A stretch of 64,000 nucleotides of DNA from Trichosphaerium sp. ATCC 40318 (Eukaryota; Protista; Tubulinea), in the NCBI GenBank assembly GCA_038496445.1, contig JALMLS010000210.1, positions 62,001 to 126,000 of the forward strand, read 5' to 3'. Shown one piece after another: positions 11,568 through 23,942 of this stretch (its first letter is position 1; every line of letters starts with the position of its first letter). A program made the translations under genes and the position numbers. Below the pieces are notes generated by a model. That model searched no databases. It was given only the letters and a program-made list of their open reading frames with translations, and was not told the origin of the DNA.

Positions 11568-13488
11568 CTAATAGCCTAAAGCTGAGGAAAGCAGCATTTG
11601 TCTGATAGCTTTATCACAGTTGTCTTTGAAGTCAAGAATTGAGTAGTAATGAAAATATGAGTTTACTGTAGTCAATATATGGGTATCATCATCTAAGTGT
11701 GCTCCTTTTATCATATGAGAAGTGAATAACAGCCGTAGGTACTCAAAAATAGACTCCGTTGTGGCTAGAAAGAAAGTGTTAGTTCCATTCCCAAAACGAG
11801 GAGTATATGATTACCTTGAGGGCAATCTGGGAACTTCTCACAGAACTCAGTAGGTATTAAATGGTCGTCTTTGTAGATAAATATAGCGATCCTAAAAATT
11901 TGAGTTTTATCAAGGATGTTACACCACAGCGAGAACTCATGTATTGATTTGTGTAGTTTTGTGCCAAAGATAGGATCAGGTATACGGTATTCACCAAGTA
12001 CAATGTTGTAGAATATTGAGCAACAATCTTGTACAACATGGGAAGCTTTTCGGAATAGTGTGCGAGATATTGAAGGGTACATTTTAAATCTATAAAAAGG
12101 TATAAAGCCCTATCAATATCAGCTTTTGTTCTTACCGATAGCTAGTAAAGGAGATAATACTAATATAATCAAGAGATTTGTCAGTATGTAGAAGTGTACA
12201 AGGCATGTTTTCAATATGTTCTGGTATCACTATGTATTCTTTATCCAGTATCATTGAAGCAGCTTCTTCGAAACTATCACATTGTTAGTGAGACAAACAC
12301 CATGGCATCCAAGAAAAACCAGAAAACCCGTACTATTTGGCTCGCTCATCATCCTCAACATCAATTGTATCAAGGCCTTCAGCAATCAGTTTTTGAGCAA
12401 CTGAAGATTTGATTGCCTTTGCACATTTACTCTAGATATCATGTGTAAGTTGTGGTGTAAGTTTAAAAAGGTGTTGTTCGATACCTGAGGATTGTGTTTT
12501 GATGCCTTCAAAGTAACAGAAAGTGTGTACTTTTGAATACATTTCTTGAATGGAGAAAAGTCTGGTGTCACTATCGACCTTGCAAATCCTCCAAGACACA
12601 TGTGCACGTTGCCAAGGAAAATGACATCTAGAGTGTGATCTATCTGCTTGTTTACTGATTTAAGTTGTTTGTGGATTGTTCGGTCAGTTAAGTTTTGTTG
12701 TTTCATTCTTTTCTTCATGTGGTTTGTGTACTTTAGTTTGGGAAGTGTCTTCTGAACCGCGTATGGATTCAAACCGGCTTTATAATACTTGTTTAAAAAT
12801 GTATATGTTCTAGATCTGCTCTTGATAAATCAACAGTAAGTCATAAACAGATAATAGTAGAGTATCAAAAAAATAGCCCAACTTACTCTACTGACTTCAA
12901 AGAGCCATGTGAATTGACTCTGGCAATACTTCGCGTACGGCTTTGCTGTTTGTGATATCGTGAGAATACATTTGTCATCTAGAAAGCTTATCACATGCCA
13001 TACAATCTCAGTTGGTAGCTCTACATATCAAAGTTATTTCAAACAGCAGAAGTTGTTGGAATCTCTGATTCATTACTACCTGTGAAGTTAGTGAATGTCA
13101 TCCCCTTGGCGTTTATGGAACTGATGGCATTGGTGGAATTGTGTATGCGCTTCTTGTATCGGAGTGATATGAATGGATCATTGTGAGAGACGATGTATTG
13201 ATGCACACTAAAAGTTAAACGTTTTTGTTAGGCTGTCGCAAGAACTGTAAATCGTATAAAACACGCATATTAATGTGTATGCGGTATATCTTTGAGATTG
13301 AATAACGAACAAGCGTTACGTACTGTTGACATGCTTCCAATATCGATGTAGACGCGAAACTAGGTTGTTTTTTGACCTGCCAAGCCAATATATCTTCAAG
13401 AATCTGTTTTTTCTAAACAAACAGCTTAGATCCTAGTCTAAAGTGCCAAATCAACCTTTCGCAATACCAAGATGTCGTATGCTTCCAT
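11568..13488 (-). CDS. F-box + degenerate heterotrimeric G-alpha-like fusion, copy 2
   Basis: F-box FTELPTEIVWHVISFLD, followed by colinear G-alpha-like segments: DRTIHKQLKSVNKQIDHTLDVIFLG, DDERAKYFEE..ILDKEYI, QDCCSIFYNIVLGEY, KLHKSIHEF, IAIFIYKDD, FCEKFPD and C-terminal AIRQMLLSSALGY. Confidence 0.75.
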
Positions 13489-14393
13489 TACTTGACTGTG
13501 GTTTGCGGTATTGACTTTATTTGTACACACAAGATTGTAGATTTACTTCAATTTTACTTCAATTTTAGTTTATTTGCGTTCTAGATCACGTATTCAAATA
13601 AAAACACTAAGTTGTGGCTTTCAGCGCAGCAAAAACGAAAGGCTTTAAAATATTTGTTGCTAATCAGCTTTTATTCGAGATTTTTGCTGTTGGTGTAATT
13701 TACAGAAAAGCCACAGCACTGGGGTACACGTGGGGTTGGTTGACACTTGTTGGAGCTAATTACGAACAAGGACAACTCGAAATCAAGAAAAGTTGGCTTA
13801 TTTCGGTCACCAGAGCACGTGAACTGTGCTTTTAGCAAAATTTCGCTTTTTTCTTGAAACTGAATTTGCTGAGCATTCTCTTTTTTGTTTATCTCTCTAG
13901 AGACAATTTAGCCGTAAGTGATGTCTGATATCTGAACACTCTTTAAGTCTGTTAATTTGAAGTGCATTAAAGCAAGCGATGAATCGTAAACTGCCAATAA
14001 CAAACGTTTCCAATTACTTTGGTAGTGCAGACGAAATGGTAACCCTCATCATAGAAGAAAAAAAAGAAAAAGCAAGCTACTAAAAAGTATGTGCAAAAAA
14101 GAGATACAATAACGTGGTTACTTACCGAGACCTATTTAGTTGTTTGAAAAAACAAAAATTTTTGCAACAAAAAAGAGTTGTAAAAAAGCACTGAATGCTA
14201 AATGGGTCTTTCGAAAGCCCTCATTGTCAAAAGATGTAGGCCCGAAAATTTGAGTCTATTAGGACAATTTCTGCATATCTCAGTGCCCCTTAATTATGAT
14301 CCACTAAAGGCGCCTACAGTCAAAATATGAGTACATATAATTCTTTTATTAATATTGGTTATATCTTAAGTTGTAACATTTCGTTATCCCTAT

Positions 14394-16326
14394 CTAAAAC
14401 CCAGACGCAGATAGAGCGTTGACCATCATAGCATTTTGGAGAGCACCAAAAAAGTTGCGTTCGAAGTCAAGAATTGAGTAGTAATAACAATACGAGTTTG
14501 GTGGCACTGTGCTGTTTTCATCATCTATATGAGCCCCTTTAAACACATAGTTCAAGAACAGTAGTTTCAGGTACTCAAAAATAGAGGACATAGTGGCTAG
14601 AAAGAAAGTGTTAGTTAAAGAGCTTGTCCATTGTCCGTTCAAAATAGCAGGTTTGAAAACAACAAAAAAGGTGTAAAGGATTACCTTCAGGGCAATCTGG
14701 AAACTTCTCACAGAACTCACTAGGTACTATATAGTCGTCTTTATAGATAAATATAGCCATACTACAACCTTGAGTTTTGTAAAGGATGTTACACCACAGC
14801 GAGAACTCATGTATTGATTTGTGTAGTTTTGTGCCAAAGATAGGATCAGGTATACGGTATTCACCAAGTACAATGTTGTAGAATATTAAGCAACAATCTT
14901 GTACAACATGGAAAGCATTTTGGAATAGTGTGCGAGACATTGAAGGGTACATAGTTAACCTACAAAATATAAACACCAAATTGCTTACATAATTTTTCTT
15001 ACCGAATCCTAGTTCTTTCCATATCGCTAATGTATTCAACGGGCTTATCAGTATGTAGGAGTGTACAAGGCATGTTTTCAATATGTTCTGGTATCACTAT
15101 GTATTCTTTATCCAGTATCGTTGAAGCAGCTTCTTCGAAACTATCACATTGTTAGTGAGACAAACCATGGCATCCAAGAAAAAACAGAAAAACCGTACTA
15201 TTTGGCTCGCTCATCATCCTCAACATCAATTGTATCAAGGCCTTCAGCAATCAGTTTTTGAGCAACTGAAGATTTGATTGCCTTTGCACATTTACTCTAG
15301 ATATCACGTGTAAGTTGTGGTGTAAGTTAAAAAAAGGTGTTGTTCGATACCTGAGGATTGTGTTTTGCCTTCAAAGCAACAGAGAGTGTGTACTTTTGAA
15401 TACATTTCTTGAATGGAGAAAAGTCTGGTGTCACTATCGACCTTGCAAATCCTCCAAGACACATGTGCACGTTGCCAAGGAAAACGATATTCTGTATATA
15501 CTGCTGTTTTTTAAGGTGAGCATAGATTGTTCGGTCAGTTAAGTTTTGTTGTTTCATTCTTTTCTTCATGCGGTTTGTGTATTTTAGTTTTGAGAGTGTC
15601 TTTTGAACCGTGTATGGATTCAAACCGGCTTTGTAATACTTTTTTAAGAATGCATATGTGCTAGCTCTGCTCTTGATAAATCAACAGTAAGTCATAAACA
15701 GATAATAGTACAGAGTATCAAAAAATAGCCCAACTTACTCTACTGACTTCTAAGAGCCATGTGAATTGACTCTGGCAATACTTCGCATACGGCTTTGCTG
15801 TTTGTGATATCGCGAGAATACATTTGGTATCTAGAAAGCTTATCACATGCCATACAATCTCAGTTGGTAGCTCTAAAGAACAAAGGAACAAGGTTATTTC
15901 AAACAATAGAAGTTGTTGGAATCTCTGATTCATTACTACCTGTGAAGTTAGTGAATGTCATCCCCTTGGCGTTTATGGAACTGATGGTATTGGTAGAATT
16001 GGATCCACGCTTCTTGTATCGGAGTGATATGAATGGATCATTGTGAGAGACGATGTATTGATGCACACTAAAAGTTAAACGTTTTTGTTAGGCTGTCGCA
16101 AGAACTGTAAATCGTTTGTTGTAGCTTTGAGAACAAATGAAGAGCGATAAGTTTCACGTACTGTTGACATGCTTCCAATATTGATGTAGACGCGAAACTA
16201 GGTTGTTTTCTGACCTGCCAAGCCAATATATCTTCAAGAATCTGTTTTTTCTAAACAAACGGCTTAGATCCAAGTCAAAAGTGCCAAATCAACCTTTCGC
16301 AATACCAAGACGTTGTATGCTTCCAT
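14394..16326 (-). CDS. F-box + degenerate heterotrimeric G-alpha-like fusion, copy 3
   Basis: High nucleotide identity to copy 2 (offset about 2.82 kb), same exon layout, C-terminus ALQNAMMVNALSASGF. A small deletion near 16110 may disturb an early exon. Confidence 0.72.
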
Positions 16327-16890
16327 TACTTGTCTGTGTTTATGGTATTGGCACTTATTCACGTGAAGGATTTACTGCAATTTTACTTCAATAGTTTTCG
16401 CTAGGTTTTCTCACGTTTTCGGGTATTTCAAATTTTTATACGCCATATCACGTGATATACCTTTTTAGTTGCTTACATTGCTTGTATTCACTATAAGTTG
16501 TAGAAATAGCAAAACGGTAAAGGCTCAAAATACTGTTTATTTATTGCTCAGCTTTTGGTGATGCCAAAACTAGCATTGGAATTGAAACACCGTTGTACCT
16601 CGCCCAGTATCTCGTTATTTTGAAAGTGCAATCGAAAGGAGAATCTCAAACCAACAAGATACAACTGTTATTATCTCACTATGTCAAACACAATAAGTGG
16701 GTGGTATTAACATTTTTGCGGCTTTTGGTACGATTTTGCAGAATGATTTGGTATCCTGTTTGTTTGATCACGTGATTTCCGTTTACATGTATTCGTAATT
16801 TCAACATTCACATTTTTCTGGAAGTAGCAATGGTTGACCATAATAAACTGAGCGTTTTCCCATCAATTCCGGAACCAACGACAACTAGCC

Positions 16891-17995
16891 ATGTCAGAGC
16901 CAAAATCTAAGCGTGTAAAAGTTGATAAAAGTCCAGCAGAGACCATTACTTACGGTTGTGGTGACTTTTCGTTTTGTCTAACACGTGAAGAGCTCAACCA
17001 CTATCTTTATTCGCTCGCAAACCTCACTTTGATGAGAATTCAGAACAGAGAATCCAATAGTAGCTTTAGAGGAATCGGAGTGCGCAACAACCAGCGTACA
17101 TCATGATATCTAGCTAGGTACAACGTAGATTCTCAAAAAGCCTTCCTGTTCTTGTGTCAATGATAAAAACTGGCACAACTGAGAAAGAGGTATCAGATCT
17201 ATTCAGCGTTGTGTTTGCTGCAGATTATTATGGCGTATTGTACGTTTGTTAGTGGGGTTTTTTTTTTGTCAATGTCTAACATTAGAAGTCAGGCAAACGG
17301 TGGTGTGTTTTCTACTTATTATAATTACAAAGACATTGACAATAGCATTGTAAATTCAGAAATGAGTAGAAGAATCTTTCAAAAGTACACAGAGTCTCGC
17401 GTGAAGATAGTGAGTTCATTTCCTTTAAAACAATAAGAACTAATTTGTTCGTTAAGCCTAGCTTCCCTAAATACAAAAATAGAACCTCTGTCGGAATATG
17501 TCTAAGCTGGGGTCATGGTGACATCAGTCAAACGTTCTTTGAGAATAACGTTGAAGAAGCAATGAACGGAAAGGTTCCGGATACACATCCTACGGTACAA
17601 TTTTTTTTTCGTTACAGCTGCAAGAGTACTTTCAATTGAACTAACATACTCTACACCTTGATGTATGTAAACTGTGCTAAATGAATGTAGCTGAAAAATT
17701 GTGGGCAGCAGCTGTTGGTGCATGTTGGCAGGACATTCGGAATACAATTGATAAAAAAATATGGAGCAGATGTATGGTAGCATCTAAAGAGGGTAAAGAC
17801 ATGCTCACTGTTAACATTCACCCACAAGAAATGGAGCAAACAATCTATTTCCAGCCCTTAAATCATGATAACAGAGGCGTCCATAGCAAAAAGTCAGAAC
17901 TAGACATTACCTTGTACGTTAGAGAATCGGATACTCGCTTTCCTAATACTTACATTTTTTTCTGTCCCATAAAGAATGAGTGTGACACAAGATAG
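16891..17995 (+). CDS. Probable BTB/POZ (KCTD-like) domain protein, multi-exon; may be degenerate
   Basis: N-terminal ITYGCGDFSFCLTREEL and later FLFLVSMIKTG...VFAADYYG resemble BTB start and end motifs. Exon joins not fully resolved. Confidence 0.45.
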
Positions 17996-18012
17996 ACTAT
18001 GTATTTTTCTGA

Positions 18013-19557
18013 TTACATACAACTACACTTGCGTTTTGGATGATGATTGCCTTCCTTACTAGTAAATCTTGAATACAAACCCATCATTGCTGCAGTGGTA
18101 AAAGCATCATTAATGTTGGTTGACAGTTTACCACTATGACAGTACTGAGTACTAGGTGTGTTCGTCATTTATTCCTACCTTGTCTCAAAGAATGAAGCAC
18201 CAACTTCCTTTGCCAAGGCAACTCCTTCTTCAATGGACACTTGTCTACGGTGTACCAAATCAATCTTGTTTCTACACCCAAAATTAGAGATTTCAATCAG
18301 CTAGAATAAGGTCGTATCATACCCAATTATCAATAAAGGGATTTTCGGTACATCGGCATCATTAAAGTACTATTGAGATGGTTATTTTTTGTTTAATTAC
18401 TTAATTACCTTTGAATGGCTGATATAGTCAATTAATTTCTGTACTTCTTTGAATGATGCACGTGATGTTATAGAATATACAATGATATTCATAGTCTACA
18501 AACGAAAATAAAATCCCGTAATACAGTCAACCTAGGAAAAAAAAAGCAACAAGAACCGTACCCATTCATCAAACTTATAATCATCGTTTCCATAAATAGT
18601 TTTAGCTGCTGCTTCTGGAAGGATAGGTAGTTTAGAAAGGAAAACTACTGATAAAGCTCTACCTGATGCATCCCAAATTTCTACTAAAACCTTGTTTCCA
18701 TTGACGTCTATCATCTTGCGATAATTGTCGAATTCAACTGACCCAATTCTACTACACTTCAATAAGTTTTTTGAAGGAAAAGACAAAGTGTACCAAGTTA
18801 CATATAAACCTTGAACAAACATAATTGTACAAGTAGTCTTTCCTGTATAAGTAATTAATATGGTAGTATGTTACATTCAATTGTTTACTAAAGAATGGCT
18901 TACCTGAACCCTCCTTACCCCATACCATCATACGGAAAGGCTCTGGCGAGTTACGTTGTTCTTTGATAGCAGAATGTAATATTTTCTTATCAAATTCTGG
19001 GAAATAGCTAACCACGTGATGAGTTGCCATTATAAAACATCTTTTAAAGATCCAATGTGTTCATATACCTGAACCCTGTTGTAGACATTTTGACGATTTT
19101 AAGTTGTGATTTCCAAAAGTGCTTTTTCATTCCTTCATCAGGGTTATCAATTAACGCCTTTTCAATACGCCCTGTACTACGTAAGTAAAACAACACCTGT
19201 CATAAATCTACATACTCAAGTCACCCAGCTCCTTGAATTGTTGCGAAAAAGCAGTCTTCCATAGACTATCATCACAACTATTTTGATTTACTTGGAAAAA
19301 CATACAAACTTTTAGTTCGAGGTACCTAAGCTTGTACAAATCTTTGTTTGTTTGCGCCAACACACAAAGGTCTTGATAAGATACAAACGTAAGAATAAAT
19401 ACAGTAAGCTCTTCAGGTATCGTGCTAAGAACGTTTTCCGCTAAAGGCAGCTCAGATGAATTTTTGGTACTGTTTGCTTCTACGCTGCTGTTTGAAAGCC
19501 TGTCTGCGTCTAAAAATAAAATTAGGCTTGTAAATGATTATAATTAGCATTACCCAT
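18013..19557 (-). CDS. F-box + Ras-family small GTPase fusion with CAAX box
   Basis: F-box LSTIPEELTVFILTFVSYQDLCVLAQTNK..DDSLWK; G1 GKEGSGKT; DNYRKMIDVNG; IWDAS; YSITSRASF; NKIDL; ETSGK; ends KRKCSCM*. Confidence 0.85.
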
Positions 19558-19917
19558 TATTTTACACTCCTAATATGTCCACAACTGTGTTGTTAATTTA
19601 ATGGTATCAAGTCGTGCTTAGTCAATAAACGCCCAACCTAAAATTATTTGCAGCTAACGTGCTATTATTTTGTAAGGTGGTAGGCAACAATTTAGTGGTT
19701 TTCCTTTGCCAATACTTACTACCTTGGCTTAGGCTTCGTTTACGGATTTGGCAGTCAACAACCCCAACTAGTGAAGTATTGTTCCTCCACCTCATAGTAG
19801 CACAGAAGTATTAGTGCCTTTGGATGCACCATCGTAAATATGTGTAACCCACAACTAGTTGACTTCACGATAGTTAAGTTAGTTTCTTTTAAAGTGATAC
19901 CATACCTCAACCGTTAA

Positions 19918-22900
19918 ATGTTGGCCAAGTATTGTTATATCTTAATTTTCTTCCTTGTAGCAGTGGTACATGCAGAAGTACAGGTAACGGAAATATCTGT
20001 TGAAATATCATCAGAAAATTTTGAACCAAAAAAAACTGAAAGAAACCTCATCTCCTTGTATCGTTAATAGCAATTTAGGCTTCTCTTTCTGTAACCTATG
20101 AAGTGGTACCACAATTAACGTATGGTGTAGATGTTTTAGAGAAAGCTACGTCATTGTATGGCGTGGAAGTTGTTAGAAACCCAACAAACGATTTTTCGCC
20201 GTTTTTGTCGATTCGTATCACGTGTACGCCAGAAAAAGATGGATTAAAGTGTAAAGAAAACCCTCAGCGTTTGAAAAATGAAGGTTTTAGAATCAATACC
20301 TCGGGTGATGTGGTTGTGCGTTTTTTTTTTGTCTTTTTCTTTGTCTTTTTCTTTTTTCAAAAACACAAAAAAAAAACGGTTGAAAAGTTTAAAGCTGTTG
20401 TGTTTAGACAGTCGAGTGTATGGACGTAGTAGGTTGTATGTACGGCCTTTTCGATATATCAGATCAAATCAGACATAAAGGAAACCTGATATCTGTACGT
20501 ACTTTTCCACAGACTTGGATCAACCGTTTTTCTTTTCTAACCCTGCAAGGTGTCTTCAAAAGTTGTCAACCCTTATTTGGAAAATAGAGGTCTCAAATTT
20601 AATGCGCCTCTTGGTACGTTACTAAATATCAATCAATACTTATATTTATTGAAAGACGCCCGGACACCTTCGTATGATGACACAGGATTATCTGCTCAGA
20701 GTAATATTTTGAACATGTGGGACATGTCTTTCTGGACTGAATACCTTGACACTATTGCTCTCTATCGTTTCAATACTTTGATGATATGGCAGCCACATCC
20801 TTTCCCTTCTTTGATAAAACTTGATGACTATCCCGATATTGCCTTAGAGGACATTGATCAGTGTAAGATTCCTCCAACATACAAACGAGGTACAACAAAA
20901 AAAAGACAAACTCAAATCAGCTTTTAACTTTATTTCTTCAGGTGTGTGGGGCGAACCCCAAGGTGTATCGGACTATGTATTAGACAACCTCAAAACTATA
21001 AAGAAGATTTCTATGTCTGAGAAAATTACTTTTTGGAAGAGCGTTATGAGCTACGCAAAACAACGTGGAGTACGTTCTGTCTTCTCTTGTTTGGATCTAT
21101 CACGTGACTAAAACAATATCTATTAGGTTAAAGTTTACTTTATTACGTGGAACGTAATCATGAACGCTGCTGAAGGACACTACGGAATAACTGCAAATCA
21201 AACGAATGAAAAAACAATCGCGTATCTTCGAGCAAGTGTTAAACAATTGTTGTTGACTTACCCTGATCTTTACGGCTTGGGTACACTTCAAAGACAACAC
21301 CACATTTTTGTACAACGACTAATCTACATCAGGTACAACACCTGGAGAACGCATGCATGCTAGGACAGATAAATATGCTAAAATGAAATGGATTTGGGAT
21401 ACGTATGGTGAAGGTATTTTAGATGCAAAGGTGTGCCTCTCTTCTCTAGTAGCACGTTTTTAAACTTCTTATTTAGAAAGTACAACCTGATAGAACAGTA
21501 TCTTGGATGAACCGTATTTGGCAAGGAGGAGTTGACAACATTATGACTGTACGACCAAAACAAAAACCCCAAAAAACACCCATCTGTGGACTCTTACTCT
21601 TGCTAGGACTTCGCCAGTAAATATCCTGATCCACTTGCAGTAAGTATGAAGTACTCAGATGCGCATGTATACTCGACTGTAGCACCTCCTTTTTACAGCG
21701 TACGAAGAACACAAGAAAAAGATCAGAATTGTTATTTTTTTTTTGATGTCATTTTTGCTTCTAATTTCGTTTCTTTAGGAAAAATTAAAGCCAGAGTTGG
21801 ATAAGTATCCAAAAATTAAAGCATGGATGACACTCCGTAATGACGGTATATTTGTATACAGATGGGGAGATCCTGACGTAAGTTCTGGTGATTTTTGTTG
21901 CTTGGTTTTTTTTTTTTTCTTATTTCACTGTCCACGTTTTTTGTAATAGCGTACGTTTCTCCGATAGATTTACGAACCTATCGTTGTGGTGTTTATTGTC
22001 TTTTAAAATACAGGGCAGTTTTTATTCTGAAACTCCGTCTAATTTGTTTTTCTTAAGTTTGTTAAACAATTTCTACTTCATCTACCAATTGAGAAAACCA
22101 CTGGCTTCGATATCGGTTCTGATGGATATATATGGGCACGTGAATGTGCTTCTTTACACCCACAGAGTCCAAGACAGCTAGAAGTCAAGAAACAATGGTA
22201 CTAACAAGTTCAACGAACAAAAATAAAAGCTAAACCTAAAACAAGGTTCCAATTCATGCTCTGGGGAAAAATGGGCTATGATATAAATACCACAACAACA
22301 TATTGGGCCGATGAAATGGATTCAAAATTTCCAGTAGTTAAACAGGCGGGATTGACACAAGTATTGTACAAGGTACGCCAATAAACAAAAGTCAACCTTT
22401 TTTGTTTTCCTCTTTCTTTTCTTCGGCAACCTTTCTTTTTTGTTTCTTAATACCTTCCGTGGTTTTTCTAATATCATTTCAATCTTTTAATTATTGTACA
22501 GGCATGGCAAGCTTCATCAAAGATTTTCCCTCTTGTTACAAAGTTCCACTGGCAAGATTGGGATTTTGAATGGGCTGTTGAGGTTTGTTATTAGCAATAG
22601 AGTTGTAATGCTTATCTTGAAATCTAATGTAAGTACAAAAGGGGTGCATGAACGTTCAAGAAGGATACCGAGATATTGGTACAAAACTAACGATGGCTTG
22701 AAAGCAAAACTCAGACCACTCTAACCATTTTCGATAGATGCTTTTATTTCAACGTCCACGATGGATTCTTCTGGCATTATTGATGTCCATGAATACGTAA
22801 TATCATATGTAATGTATGTATTGGGGTACTAAATATGTGTACTAGGTGTCAGATATTATAAAGCATACGAAACCTTCAGGAACTACGCCAGGTAAAAAGC

Positions 22901-23473
22901 AACCATAAGATGCAAACCAAGTAAACCCTTCAAATAGATGAAGTCTCAACGATGTTACATGGATTTGCTGACACTTGTGAAAGCGCTGTCACTACTCTCA
23001 CATCTAAATTAAGTCCAATCAATAACCAAGAACTAAAGTAAGTTCAAAAACCTTTGACCTTAGTACCCTTAATCTATGAACTAGTGAAACAGTTACTGAT
23101 ATTGCTGCAATGGGATTTGTTGGTAGATACTACGCGTATAAGATATCCGCAGCTGTTCAACTATATCTCTATGACGTACAACACTATCGTTTGCGTTTAC
23201 TGAAATACTTCTAACACAAGTAATTAGATGACTAAAAACAGCACTGCTAAATCTCAAGCTGTCAATCTTTTGGAAAGCGCAGCTAAGTAAGATTTTTCTC
23301 GATTGCACGTGCTCTTTTTTTGACTTTTTTTTCTGTCAAGGAGTTGGGAAGGATATGCCACGTCTTCAACATCTCAATATCGCCCACAGCTTCTAGCGCG
23401 TACTAGAACATTGGATTGGAATGGTCTATTAACGAATGTTAAGAATGATATTCAGATAGCTAAAAACAGATGA
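19918..23473 (+). CDS. Secreted glycoside-hydrolase-like protein of a bacterial-type uncharacterised family, intron-rich
   Basis: Signal peptide MLAKYCYILIFFLVAVVHA. RGLKFNAPLDARTPSYDD..MWDMSFWTEYLD..YRFN..HPFPSL motif recalled from bacterial carbohydrate-active-like proteins. Ends YRPQLLAR..DIQIAKNR*. Confidence 0.65.
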
Positions 23474-23942
23474 ACTGTTCAAATCAATAAATAATTTGAT
23501 CCCAAGTAGTTTCAACGCCTGTTTTATTATTTTTACCAACACGTGGGGTACAAAAAGGACTTTAAATTTAAAACCTACTACTGGTAGATAAAAGAAAGTT
23601 TAGCTCATTATCTGTGCATGTAGGCAGTTTAATGCGAATTTTAAGACTATAGCCTTTGCCTTTGTTTGTTCTCTTGACATCAACCACCTTTTAAAAAAAG
23701 AACTTGTTATTACGTTCACTTTAATTTAAAACAAAGACTTACAGTATTGCCAAGTACTTTTTTGATATAGTTTAGGAAGTGAGGTAAGAACTTGTTGGAG
23801 GTTTGAAAGTCTTCAAATATAGCAACACCGCTACTCTTTTTTTATTATGTGAATACTAAGTTTTGGCTGTGTACTTTACAAGGATAGTATAGTATAGAAG
23901 TAATTACACGTGTATTTATGGACTTCATTACAAGAGTTACAG

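Larger units (their letters stand above)
11497..16395. repeat. Tandem segmental duplication (about 11497-13570 vs 14319-16395)
   Basis: Shared start GTCAAAATATGAGTA and long near-identical blocks. Confidence 0.9.
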
